This document shows, one piece after another, positions 1-12,800 of a stretch of 38,702 bases of DNA. The DNA is taken from positions 1 to 38,702 of the forward strand of contig JADFXQ010000013.1 of the NCBI GenBank assembly GCA_015233495.1, written 5' to 3'. The translations under genes and the position numbers were made by a program. A model generated the notes under the pieces. It was not told the DNA's origin. It ran no database searches and saw nothing but the letters and a program-made list of their open reading frames with translations. This stretch comes from Candidatus Omnitrophota bacterium (GTDB taxonomy: Bacteria; Omnitrophota; Gorgyraeia; Zapsychrales; Zapsychraceae). Numbering within the stretch: the first letter of the stretch is position 1; every line of letters starts with the position of its first letter.

Positions 1-3000
1 ATTTTGGGTGACTGCCAGCGGTTCTTTATGCGCCAGCAATCCCACAATCACCCAAACCAACTCAAGCTTATATTTTAAACGCAAACGAGCCAGAACATGG
101 GCGGCGGCCGCGGCCATGTCTGCGTCGAGAAATGGGCAGTCTATCTTGATCCGCGCCAGATGATGATCACGCGCTTTTCTAAGTTGTTCTCTCGATACGG
201 CGGGTTTCGCGGGCTGGGCCGATGCCGCCAATGTTTGGCCGTTCGACTGCGGCGTTCGCGCCGATTTCGTTTTTTGCCCTCCTGCCGCCGCAAGCCCCGG
301 AGCTTGGCCCAGTGTTCCATTGCCATTTTGCCTCAAAAATAACCCTTCGATCTGGGGATCAAGGTTATAGCCTTTTTCTCTTATATATGGCCCGAACTCC
401 GGCAGACGAAACAACTGAATAAACTCCGGCGTATTCATGAACGCCCGAATTGTCTCTGAGACGAATTCCGGGTAAATAACTTTCGCCTGCATCTTGCTCG
501 CGATTTCTTCGCAAGTCAGTGGCACCGCGTCCTGTCCGTCCAGCAGTCCTCTGAACCGCCAGCCAAGAATTTCCCTGACAGTCGATTGCGCCAAAACACC
601 GCACGACTTGACATAAGAGTCAATCGCCCGACTTAATTGCCGGATCAATTTCTGTGGAATCGGCGCAACCGGGCTGGACGTTGCAGTTTCGGGGACACAA
701 AGATAATTATCAAATTTTCCGGTTTTTCTTAATTTTCTTATTTCATCGAATGCCGATATTTTTATTCTTTTGACCCTTACTGATGCCCCATACCCCTCCC
801 GATTCGCCGGTTTTAAAAATGCGAAAAATAAGAAAATTTGATAATTATCTTTGTGTCCCCGTATTATTTGTCCCCGTATTATTCGTATTATTTGATCTTC
901 CCTGGCGCGGCGGATAACTTTCAAATAATCATGCGCTTTTGTAGGGGCGTCCCTTGTAGACGCCCGTTGCGCTGTCGCGCCTGGACGACGGGCGCCCATA
1001 AAGGGCGCCCCTACACCCGATTTTGAAACCGGATGCCGTTTGATTGTTGGGGCGCCCATGAAGGGGGCCCATACATGCGATTTAATCGGTGATGCGGCGT
1101 GGAGATTATGCATAGCCGCTTGTCTGGCTATTTCCGTTTTGGCTTTATGAGCGATGAGACGCCGGTCTCCGGAGGATAAGGGCCGCGCTCCGACAGCCGC
1201 AGTCACAATGTCAGCGTTGGCAAGCGGGTCGCGTTCTTTTAACACTTGAACGCGCCGCGGTTGGCCGTATATCCCGATCGGATTTTCGGCGTGTTTGGAC
1301 ACCGGCACCCGCGCCAAACCGCGGTAATCCGACGGGTCGATATTCACATCGGGTGAGAAGGCAAGATCGGACGGCAAGGCGCCTTGCGGCAAACGGACTA
1401 CGGACATTGCGTTGCCATTTTTAACCGGGTGCAAATACATGACAAAAATATCGTTTTGCAGGGCCGCGCGCAAGCGCCAGAAATTTTCGACAAACCCGCC
1501 GTTGAAAACGATATTGTCCGGAGTGAATGTTTGGTTAAATGTATAATCTCCGGCGTCGATTTTTATGAGGAAGCCGCCGTTGGCCGCTCTTAAAGATTTG
1601 CCAAATTTATAAATCCAATGGGGAATGGCCGCGGCGGAGTAATCATTTTCTTCCAACGCGCCAAAATAATATTTTTCCAAATCTTCCGGAGAGATACAAA
1701 CGATTTCATAGGCCCGGCCTTTGGAATCCCTGAAATTAACTTTAAAAACATTGTAGCCTCGCTGAACGGTCATCTCGACTTTATTCGCGATCCAATCAAA
1801 AGCATAATAGTTCGCCCACTCGCAGACAAAGTCAAACGCGCGATCCGGCTGAGCGGTCACAATACGCATACGCAACAAATCCCGGATCTCATCAACACTG
1901 TGGTATTCTTCGCGTCGATCACTGTGAATTTTTTCCCAGACGCTGTACAAAGCCTTGACACCCGCATAGACTCCCGCGACGATCCCGGCTGACTGCAAAT
2001 CCTCGGCTAATTGCCGGCGCAAATTTTCCAACCCATAACCGGCTTCTTCATAACTTACTTGTAAAACATTCTCAACCGCAGCCTTGATCGCCTGATAACT
2101 TTCCGGATTATTTAATAAGAATGCCTTTTCTTTCAAATCTTCCATAATCACAAGCGCGTTGACTCTCTCCGCCAACGGCGCGGTGATATGCAGAATTTTC
2201 TGATGGCGATATTGCCGCTCATTTTCATCGGCCGTGGCCGGCACGGCCTCCAGTTCATCAGCGAAATATAATAATAATGTCTCCGGTTCATCCGCCTCGA
2301 CGACGATCATATTCATATAATTTTGCAGGGTCGACCGGCCTTTGATAGCCAGGATATATTTTCCATTCATATACGGCAAACGGCTGATCTTCGCCAGACG
2401 GGCTACCCGGCCGGTGATCGTTTCGACCTGCGGTTTTTTAAGAATGGATTTCAACCCCCGCGTCCCAAAAATACTTCTTAAATCCGGAACCGGTATTTTG
2501 TGCAATAACGCCGCGTAAATTGTCTCCGGTTCCGCGCCCCAGCCGGCCGCGTATAAGGCGACCCTCAGGCAATGTTCATGATATGTTTGCCCCGAAGGAA
2601 ACCGCTTGCCCGCGTAACGCGGCGCCACAGCGGCCCAAATCGGCCGGGTCAACAAATTCCCTGACACAGAGCCCTGATGCTGCCGGAGCAAATCCTCGAT
2701 CTGACCAAGCATATATTCGCTGTCCGAAATTTCCGCAACCGGGCTGGACGTGATCAAACGATCGCTGGGGGAAGGCGAGAATTCGCCGGTTGCATCATAT
2801 GACGGGAAAATATGCCCAGATTCCACGAATAACCTTTTTGAATGATATATATGGAAGCCTAAAACAGCCAGTTCGAGAATGGACGGCTCGCCGGCCCAAA
2901 ATAAAGCGGCGCATTCCCGCAAAGAAAGCCATTGTTTGTCTTGCGCCAGGATTCGCGCTTCAATGTCATTGACCGGCGGCACCGGCGTCATATCCAAATA

Positions 3001-6000
3001 GCGTACATAATTTTGGCGCAATTGCTTTCGAATTTGCGCGTAGGATTTTGATTTTAAATCATTTCGAATTTCCGGATCAATCCCGAGGTTGAATATGATC
3101 CGGCAACAATCCGGTCGAATGACCCACGACATACCGGATACAATCAATTTTTTTTCGCCGTCTCTGTCCGATCCAACAACCGCTAATTGCGGCATATCAT
3201 CATTCTCGATCAAGACGATCGTCCCGTCTCCAATAAGGTCATCGGCGTAGATCAACGCTTGCGCCGATTCCACAGATCGGTCGAAGATCCCAATGGGTAA
3301 AAGATTGTCCAATGTCCTATCAAATTCCAGGCGCCGGTTTTCGGTCATTAACAAACCGGTTTTTTTACCATTACATAAATCGGCAACCCGGGTCCCGGTT
3401 TTCGCTTCCAGAGCGGCATGCAATTGATCGATATTGCACAACTGCCCATGCCACAGAAAAATGTTGGACGGTGTCATCCGGTCCGCCAAATCCAAAATTT
3501 CATTCTGCGAACTATGCTCGAAGAATGGGAATAAGACGACTTCAGCGTTCACTTTTATAAACCGCCCGTCGCTTTTAATAACATGTCCCCGGTTCAATCT
3601 CAAAATCTTACGACCTAACGATCCTTCAGATTGAGTCCCGATTAAAAACACGGCGTTCGCGGGGTCTCTTAAAACCAGTGGGGCAATCGCGCCGGATAGC
3701 CCGCCGTTGAGGTTGCCGGAAGGAACCACGATACAGCCGTTCGGATACTCACCATCGCGGAATTCATATAATAAAAATGGATTCACTCCGTTTTCTCTAT
3801 TAAATAACAGCGCCGGCGATTGTCTCGCTGGCTGCCCGTTTTGTCGGATCTGCAGATCAGCGCTGTGACGGTCATAGATTTGATTAAATGTCGACGCCAT
3901 GCCTCCCGTATAAATCGGGAATTGCGGATATCCGGGATAAAATTGTTGATAATACCGTAACATGGCGATGATTTCCTGCGTCCGTCCGAGAGCCGCCGCC
4001 GGAATCATCACTGTGCCGCCTCGCTGGATCACCCGCGCCACGGACAGCGCCAATATTTCTTCTTCGTCCCGCTGGTGAAAATTGACTCCGCAGCAAGTCG
4101 CTTCCGTCACAAAAAATGCCAACGGCCCGTCAATGGACGGGTTCAAGCCGCGCAATAAAACTTGTTGTCCCATGGTAAAATCGCCTGTGATCAAACCCAG
4201 CCCCGCCGGTGTTAAGATATAAATGCAGGCCGCGCCCAAAATATGGCCGGAATACTCCAGCCGGATTTTGATATTGTCGCAGACCTCATACCATTGATCA
4301 AATTCAAGACCATGGATTGCCTTCAAGGCTTGTTCAACGGAATTTTCATCATAGAGTTCATAATAGCGCGAGCCCTCCTCCAGGTTCCGACGTACAAATG
4401 GCAAGGCATCCCTTAAAATAACTTGCATCAAATCTTTCGTCGGAAATGACGCGAACATCGGCGTGTTGAAAAACCTTTTATAAAAAAGCGGAATTCCGCC
4501 CACATGGTCGAGATGCGCGTGTGTTATAAAAAGATGCGTGGGATTCAAGCGTTCTAATAAATCAAAATCCGGAAAAAGATCCGGGCTATCAAATCGCAGG
4601 CCGCAGTCGAACACCATACGCGCCGCGCCGATTTCGACGAACAAACAACTGGCACCGATTTCTCCCGCTCCACCCAAGGGGATCATGGTGACTTTTATCC
4701 CGGCATAAGCCGCGGTATCCTTCTTGAAAACCGGTGAGCCGGCGGCGTGCAGATTGGCCAGGACATCGCGGCTGTAAATCTCGGCGAAACTACGACGGGC
4801 GCCCACAAGGGGCGCCCCTGCGTCGGTAAAAAATATCCTCATGAAAATGGTTGTATCTTCTTCCGGGCCAATAAGATCGGGAGATCTGACACCAATTATT
4901 GGGCTGGAAGTTGCTGTCGGCACAAACGGAACAAAAGTTTGGGGAAGGATAATTTTTTGTTGATCGCGGAACCAGAAATTATGCGCGGCCACGACCATAC
5001 GAAGACGGCGGATCAATTCTTCTCTGATATTTTGATCCGGGACTTCGCGGTTGATTTTTTGTTCCGGCCAGACATATTCCGCTTGCGCCTGACGGACCTT
5101 CATATACCGCAATGAGCCGATGAAATTATCGATTTCCTGAATCAAAGCGGTTCGCCGCACAATATAATTCTGCACATCGTCGCGCAACTTTTTGTCAGGG
5201 ATTCGACCCGTCATTTCAAACAAACGCTCCAAGGCTTTGGGGCTGTCTTGCTTCGCCAACACGGCCGAAGCCAACAACTTGAACGGCCCGCTGATCCATA
5301 AAAAGGCCAAGACTAATTTCCCCTGCCAAAAATGATTGCTGATATAATCGCGCAGCAGAACCGACTGATCAACCCAACTGATCGGCAAACGAATCACTGC
5401 GTGGGAAAAGCGCGTTTGTTCGGGATTGAGCGGCTGATGCCCCGCCAGGGCCGAGAGCACTGATTTTGTATTTGCCAACCAATGGCTGTAATTCCCGACG
5501 ATCTGGCTGTTGAGCCGGCTGATTTCAGAAAAAGTCGCGTGATCGTCCCAGGTCACATGATACCAATTCGCGATGTTGTGCAAAGGCATGCCATTGCGGA
5601 AAGTCTCGGCAGTGATCACATGGATCAACCGGGTTTCGATATAAGCCTGATACGCCCACAACCCCAGCATAAACAATCCCGCCGCGATCGCGAATCCGCC
5701 GACCACCTTGCCCCAATTCACCGGCGATGACGCGGCGTCATCCGGTTTTTCCGTGTCGGAATTTTGTTCCGGAATATCTTGTGTAACAACCGGTGCGTTG
5801 TTTTTTAAAATCCTCTGCTTGATAAACCGGACGCAACATAAAAAGCCGTCGATGACTACGGCCAGATAAAATACCGGCGCGAAACAAAAACCACATAGAT
5901 CAAAAAGATTAAATGCCGGGTTAAATCCTCTGATCTTCATAAAAAGAAAATCATTCCCGTAATTGGGCGCAACTCGCCAGCAGATCAAATTAAGACACGC

Positions 6001-6888
6001 AAAAAATAATATCCCTGACAAAATCGCGCATTCCGTCCATTGTCTTAAATGAAAATCCGGCGGTTCGTGCTGTTCATTGCGACTGAACAGTTTATTCTTA
6101 TAATACGAAAAGGGGAAATTTCTGAAGACTCGACCCCATGTCCAAACGAACGGCACAGTCAGTGTCGCCAATAATATTCCCGTCAACACACAGGGATTTC
6201 CCTCCTTTTCAATGTGCGTGATATTCACAAAGTAAAGCGGACCGGCCAAGTGGTAACAATATCCGGACGACAAGCGCAACTTGTCGGAATGCAGGGTCAC
6301 GCTGAGAATTTGCTTAATGAGCCCCTGGGTCAAATAAACCCGGCAACCGGTTTCCCATAACCACAGAATCACACCGACAAAAAGACCCGCGAACATATAG
6401 GACGAATGTCTTTTCAAGTGAGTCAAACGCGCCAAAATAAATATCGCGCCGAGAGAATAGGCGATGATAAAAGCCGGATGTAACAGCCAATGCGCCTTCA
6501 ATGCTCCGGTAAAGCCAAGCAAAACACCGGCCGATATCGTTAATTCCAGCGGGAGATATTTTTTTCCGATCGCCGCTAAAGACTGAACCATCGTCCGGGA
6601 ATAAAATCCCAATTTCCCCATGCCTAACGATAAAATGCCGGTAGTCGGGTTCTTTTTTTTCATGACCATGACATACGAAAATATACATAAAATCACAGAA
6701 ACGCCAAAGGCAATCGGTATCAAGTGCATTAATACATTTAGCGGAACAAACTTGATACTCAACAACCCCAACACCAAGAATATGGCTGACGCGATTGTTG
6801 ATTGCCTAGTATTATTGTCTTTCTTTTCCGGATCGCTCACCGGGCTTGAGACCTCTATATCATATTCAGCGCTTGGGCCGGCGGGCTT
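1..6888 (-). CDS. Continuation of the giant protein: 2,296 stop-free codons running off the left edge (membrane module, beta-CASP nuclease, RelA/SpoT-like module, HTH-like module)
   Basis: Manual translation finds no stop from 6888 down to 1 in the frame whose codons start at + positions 1 mod 3. It begins GPSAEYDIEVSSPVSDPEKK and has further linkers (ASSPV 5719, TSSPI 4897, AGSPV 4729, TSSPV 2737, AASPI 1084, TSSPV 667). A possible own start is GTG at 6840, with GAGGT 10 nt upstream. Not in the supplied ORF track. Confidence 0.9.
690..861. mobile_element. MITE-like element with perfect 30-bp terminal inverted repeats
   Basis: cggggacacaaagataattatcaaattttc (690-719) is the exact reverse complement of 832-861. 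AT-rich interior; the same 30-mer recurs at 10971-11000. Confidence 0.6.
941..1074. repeat. GTAG-type REP cluster: inverted pair 941-1014 (REPIN-like) plus a degenerate copy 1049-1074
   Basis: gtaggggcgtcccttgtagacgcccg ... cgggcgcccataaagggcgcccctac. Confidence 0.8.
1150..2620 (-). other. Domain of continuation ORF: degenerate long RelA/SpoT homolog (HD, synthetase and TGS regions)
   Basis: SGQTYHEHCLRVA...AALLHK, ITAPLAER, VKALYSVWEK, DEIRDLLRMRI, HWIYK, RLPQGALPSDLAF, LANADIV, in RSH order. Confidence 0.8.
3400..4700 (-). other. Domain of continuation ORF: metallo-beta-lactamase/beta-CASP ribonuclease (CPSF73/YSH1-like)
   Basis: PLGGAGEIGASC, VFDCG, ITHAHLDHVGG, SGHILGAA, ITGDF, VTEAT, GGTVMIPAAALGRTQEI, IFLWHG. 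Confidence 0.9.
4796..4821. repeat. GTAG-type REP copy
   Basis: cgggcgcccacaaggggcgcccctgc. Confidence 0.75.
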
Positions 6889-9800
6889 TTATTAATAATA
6901 CTCAATATGCCCGGGCAAACCGGCTCGGCCAAAACTTCCGTGATGTTTCGATGGCCGCGGCCAACCCGCATGATTTGAGGCGATGTCTTCCCTAATAAAA
7001 GGCTGACCGCTATTGCGTGGGCCCGGATCTTTTTTAATTTTGCCGAATCCGGCGATTCGGCCGCGGGCACAACAATCTTTGCCGACCGGGAATCCGCCTT
7101 GACCCCCGCCAGCATTTCTGAAAAAGCCCGAATTCGCAGGGCGCCCACCGGCGAACTCTGGTTCGGCCGCGCCGGTTTTTGCGGCGGCCGGGGCTTGATT
7201 TTAATTTCTTCACCGTCGAGGCAAAACCTCTTTGACGGAACTTTGTTGTATAAAATATTTTGTGCGATATACCGGGCGTGATCGGCATTATAAACTAGAG
7301 TTAACCGTCTTAAAATCGCGGATATTCGGACAACAACCGCGATGTTGTCGACCTGTATGTCAAACATGATCGTTAGCAAGCGTTCTTGGTCGCAAATTTC
7401 TTTTAGCAAATCTCTCGTGACTCTCTGCGTTGTCAAGTCGCATTGCAATAATGTCTTGGCCGCGTAGATATACACTTCCTCATACGGCAATTCTTCTCGG
7501 TCTAAAATTTCCTTAATCAAATCCCATTCGGATCGCGCAACATCGAATGTGCAAATCGCCCATAACCATACTGGCTGGTCGGATGTTGTTCCTGATTTTT
7601 TCGGGGTTTCAGAAATCTGTTCCGCGCTCGTATCCAACGGGGATTTCCCCAGAACCGGCTTGGCCGCGGCCGGTTGATCGGCGATGGATTCCGCCCCTGG
7701 TTCCACGTCCGAATTTTGCAAATTGTTGCGTACTATCGCGGCTCCCTGCTGACGCGGGGAAGGGGGAGTCCTTGCTTTCTCCGTCGACGGACGCGCCGGG
7801 GCAGGCGGAGCTTGTTCTTCTGTCGCATTATTCAAAAAGCCCTTTTCACTAATGTACTTGGCCAAATAAGGGCAACGCATAATGCTCATAAAGGACAACT
7901 TCCGCGCCGGATCAAAAAATGCCTGGATGATTTCCGCGATGGTTGCTTCCTTGACCTGTTGATGATTCGGGAAAATATCATGTTTGATGCTTCGGTAGCT
8001 CATTGGATCAGCGCAAATATCCAACCGATCAGTTTTATACGGCGGCAGATGAAACCGCATTCTTAATAATTTGATATGCGTCTCGTAGGCTCCCGGCGTC
8101 TCCACGCTCTGCTTAAACGCATCGATACATTCTTCCAACCGCTGCGCCAACAACTGGCCAATGGTTTTTACTTCTAATCTATCGTTTAGATATCCCTCGA
8201 TGAGTAATTCGGTAAAACCGCAGGTCTGCGGGTGCACATGCTCCGCCAAAAATTCCTTCAATTGACTGATTTGATGCTGCGGCCAAATCTTGTCATTCTG
8301 GGCTTGCGCTTGAAAAACGTTCAGTTGCCTCATCAAATGTTCCTGATCCAACAAAGTCATACCTAAAAATTCCAACCGGCCTGCCTTATCATATGCGATG
8401 ATTTCACGATATTGCCGGATCACCACGATTCGGGCCTGCGGCTCTTGATCCGGCAACACCTTAAGCAGATTCGGATACGCGAGCACAAACGTCCCATGAA
8501 CAGTCAGATAATAAATCACGCCGGCCGGCGACATTATCCGCCGATCATTAATGACAAACTTCTCCGACATAGCTTCATGCTTCTTATAAGGACAAGGTTG
8601 CCAGCCCGCGTCAAGATTGCCGCTGCCCGCCGGCGAGGAACATCGAGGCCTGCCCACTATTTTATTGCGTTGCGCGCGCGCAATCACCGCGCTGGAGGCT
8701 AGGTGTTTTCGCGGTAATTTTTGGGAATAATCACGCAACATATTCTCGCCGGTTTGACGAACTGTTGGGTGGTTGATATTAGCTATCAAGCCAGCCGCTT
8801 CTGTCACCATGATGTCGCCCAATCCCCGGATCGCTTCGAGCATTTCCTGGCGATTGTGTTGCAATTGTTCATCCGTGAGTGCTGCGATCAATGTCTCGGC
8901 AAAATCCGTCGGTTGTTGCCAATGATGCAAACGCCTTAACGCGTGGAGCCGCGCCGCAGTCGGTTGGGCAGAGTTGAATAAAATTTGGCGGAAGGCATCC
9001 GTCAAATTGTGGACCGGCTCTTGCGCCGCGAGAAGAACATTTTCCGCTTTGCGGCTTATGCCGTCATCCGCGTGCGTTAACAAACCAATCATGGTCGTCC
9101 GCATATCATGGAGAACGGCTTGATATTGAGGCAGGCTCGAACGTCGTGAATCCTTTTCCGGTTGCCGCAACCAGACTTCTGTCGTGTCCAAGACCGAGGA
9201 CAATATTTCCGGGTCTGATTCCTGCCAAGCCGATTCCAAAACTGCCAAAACATCCGGCATCGCGACAAAAGTTTCTAAAAATACCGCGGCCTCGCGGCGC
9301 GTCTTTTTGCCATAGGCGGGCTCTTGCAAAATGTCTGCCAAACGGGCAACCATCCGGGTGGGGTTAGGAAAATATTCCCGCAGGGTCTGAAAAGCGTATT
9401 TCTGCACCCTATAATCATCATCTTCCAACCCGCGATCCAGCACGGCCACAACCGTATTTTGATAAAGTCTCTCTCTCAATTGCCCGACTGGAACATCGAC
9501 GGAAGAACGTTCGCGCCGTAAATGGACATTCCTTTCCCCCTCCTTCTCCGCTATTTTGATGATTACAAACAACTCGCCGATCACTTCATAAATCATTCTC
9601 CGAATCGGCGCCGCGTTGTGGCGGGTATACCGCAATAAAGGCCGGATATTCCGGGCGCTAAGAGCCAGCAACTCGCCCTTGATCCGGTCCTGCTGGGAAT
9701 CATTTTCGTCATCATCCGTGATATGCCAAATCTGCCAAGCCACCGGACACAATTGCGGCAACAAACAAACCCGTCCCACCTCCAACCAAACCCGCCGCCC

Positions 9801-12800
9801 CCATCCCAACGCCACCGGGCTGCTGCTTTGCGGTATATTCGTAGTATCACAGTGCGACACCTGCTGATCGCTTTTATAGGGGATGGAAATCCCCGGCCAT
9901 AAAATCAAATAAAATAAACCTGCCCCCGCCGGGACCGATAGAAAATCATTCAACCAAAATCGATCCATCGTCCCTAACAGCGTCCCCTCTTTAGAGAAAA
10001 ACGGCCATTGATTTGCCTCTCGACAAATACGATAAAAAGTAAATCCTAAAAGACGGAGCGCGCCCAATATTGAAATCAACGAATGAACTTTACTCGCAAC
10101 CTGAGATTTAAGTGACACACGCTTTTTTGTCGTTGTCGAAGATGACGTTGATGAAGATGAACCTGTGCCGCTTAATTCTTCCTGGATAATAATCCAATGA
10201 CATACGACAGATTTTGTGATATATTTTTCAACATAGGAGAGCCTTAAGATGAAAAATAATTCCGTAGCCAAATTATCAAGTAAGCCGGTCAAGTTGGAAT
10301 CTTTAAAAAACTTCACTAAGATCCCCGCGAATTTCCCGCTGGCTTTTCCGAAACAATTCAAAGCCGCTGTCATTTCCGATAAAGATGGTATCCCGGGATA
10401 TTTTGTTTTTGACACGCGGTCATTTTGGGATCTCCTTTGCGCCGTCGATGAAACTCTCGAACGGCAAGTTTCCGCGAAAGAATACGTTGCCTCGAATCCC
10501 GTGGGCTGGCTTATTGACGCCATTGAAGGTGAGCTTCCCGTGAATCCCAAACTGATCGCCCGACTGAAAAAAGGGATCGACGAAGCCGCGAAATTGGGAT
10601 TCGTCCCATTGGAAACAATCAAACATTCCTTAAGCCTTAAATAAATTTCATGGGCCTCTTTATCCAATTTACTAAAGCCGGCGAACGCGAATTTCATAAA
10701 CTTTCGTCCGGGCTTAAACAGCGCGTACTGGAAAAACTGGAATTGTATATTTCCTCCGGAAATCCCCTTTCTTTTGCCAAACCCCTGGTCAACTTGCCGC
10801 CCGCGACCCATAGATTCAGAGTCGGGAAATACCGAGTCTGTTTTTATTTGTCCGGAGCAAATCTCATCATCGACAGTATAGACACCCGCGAAGACGCTTA
10901 CCGCCAACGATGAAAAATTAGACGGCTTTCGATCTGTTCTTAATACGAGGACACAAAGACAGAAAATTAAGAAAATTTGATAATTATCTTTGTGTCCCCG
11001 TATTATCTTCGCGTCAAGATTGCCGCTGCCCGCCGGCGAGGACGCCAGGACTATATCTTCTGCCAAACACGAATCAAAAGCATCGTTGACGCTTCGACGA
11101 CTTCTATTTAATTTGACATTAACATGAAAAACAGGTATATATTTCTTTAAAGGAAGGTGACGTATGTCCAAACAATTATCGAATGACGAATTTTTCGACT
11201 TAAATTTTGAACGGTTAGTCAAAAAATTCCCGCGACAGCGAGTCGTCATTTCTAACGGGCAAATATTTACCGGCCACGATGCGGTTGTGAAAGCTCGCCA
11301 ACAATTTCCCGGATCAATCCCCATGTCTGTGCCTATCCCTGCGCCGGAAGAATTCGCCCATCTTTTATGAAACAGATGATTAATTTCCCCTTCGCTAAAT
11401 ATAAAGGCGGGTATTATCCCATTATTAGCCTGACTGTCGTCGGTAAGGATGGCCCCTTGGAAACCAAAGCCTACGTTGATTCCGGGGCAAGCGTGTCGAT
11501 ATTCACCACGACGACCGCCTTCGATTTGGGCATTGACTATACCCAAGGAGAAATCTCTTATACTATGGTCGGCGACGGGAACTTTATCCCCGTTTATCAT
11601 CACACGTTGTCCCTGAAAATCGGCACCGTTTCCTTTAAAGCGAACGTCTCTTTCTCCCCCAACCTGGGAGCTGACTTCAATCTCCTCGGTCAAAAAGACA
11701 TCTTCGACACCTTTATCATTACCTTCAATCAACGCAAAAGGGTTGTCTCCTTTACGCCTTATCAATAATCCTGTGTGTTGGGCCTGCATCCGCTCCACCA
11801 ACCGCTCCAAAATCGCAGCCTCGCCCGGGTTCACAATCACCGGCGAGGACGATGGCGCCATATCAGACAGGCTCTCCACCCAATGATTGCGACGGCTGAC
11901 TTTTAAATAAACGTCTTGGATATTCAACCGTTCGGTCCAGGAGGCGAACGGGATCCGGTAATGGTAATAAACCGATTCCGCATCGGCGCTGAAAAATTTC
12001 CCGTCCACAACTGCCAACCAAATGAGCTGTTCCCTTTCGATCTCCTCCAACCCGGCGAGAAACGGTTTTTTCAATATGGAAATAAATCCGGACACCGCAT
12101 CGCCGGCCAAGACTTGCACAACGTTGCGCGTGTCGCGATTCCATATGACACGAAAATAAGGCAGCATGGATAACAACATCATCGGGACGCGCCTATTGCG
12201 CCAATGAATAACTAAATCTTTTCCCATCGTCGGATACGCAGTAATCGGATTATGGCGGGAATCGAGCGTGCATGACAAACGAAACATCTCGCCGCTGGGT
12301 TCATCAATAACATAACTCACTAATTCATGTCCCGGCCACCAATCCAAAACACCGCCCTCCGGAAGGTTTTTGATCCCACGGCCCTGACTTATGTTCTCAG
12401 ATATTTGATCCAACAATTCCACAATCCGAGCACGGTCATACTGCTCCGGAAAAAACGATTTGTGCACCTGCGCCGCATCAGCATTCGGATAATCTCCGTG
12501 ATAACTGTGCGCGGCAATGATATGATCAATACACTTGGGGGAAAAATACAAAAAGCCGGATCCATTCTCTCGTCCATTGCGGATCATTTGCAGCCAATCC
12601 CATTGTGTATTCGTTATATATTTCAAACTCGGTCCCACCAGTTCCGCGCACGCTTCTGCCAAAATCGACGGCATACCCCATCGAATCAAAATCTCGATAA
12701 TCCGTTTTTTGTCGACTTCAATCAGAACGGAGATCAATTCTCTTGCTGGTAGGATTCCGTCTATGATCAATACCTGAAATACAAAATAACAGAAAATCAG

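Noticed and set aside
841..895. Short tandem tccccgtattat/cgtattat repeats as a CRISPR remnant
   Set aside because: Units are too short, there are no unique spacers and no cas genes.
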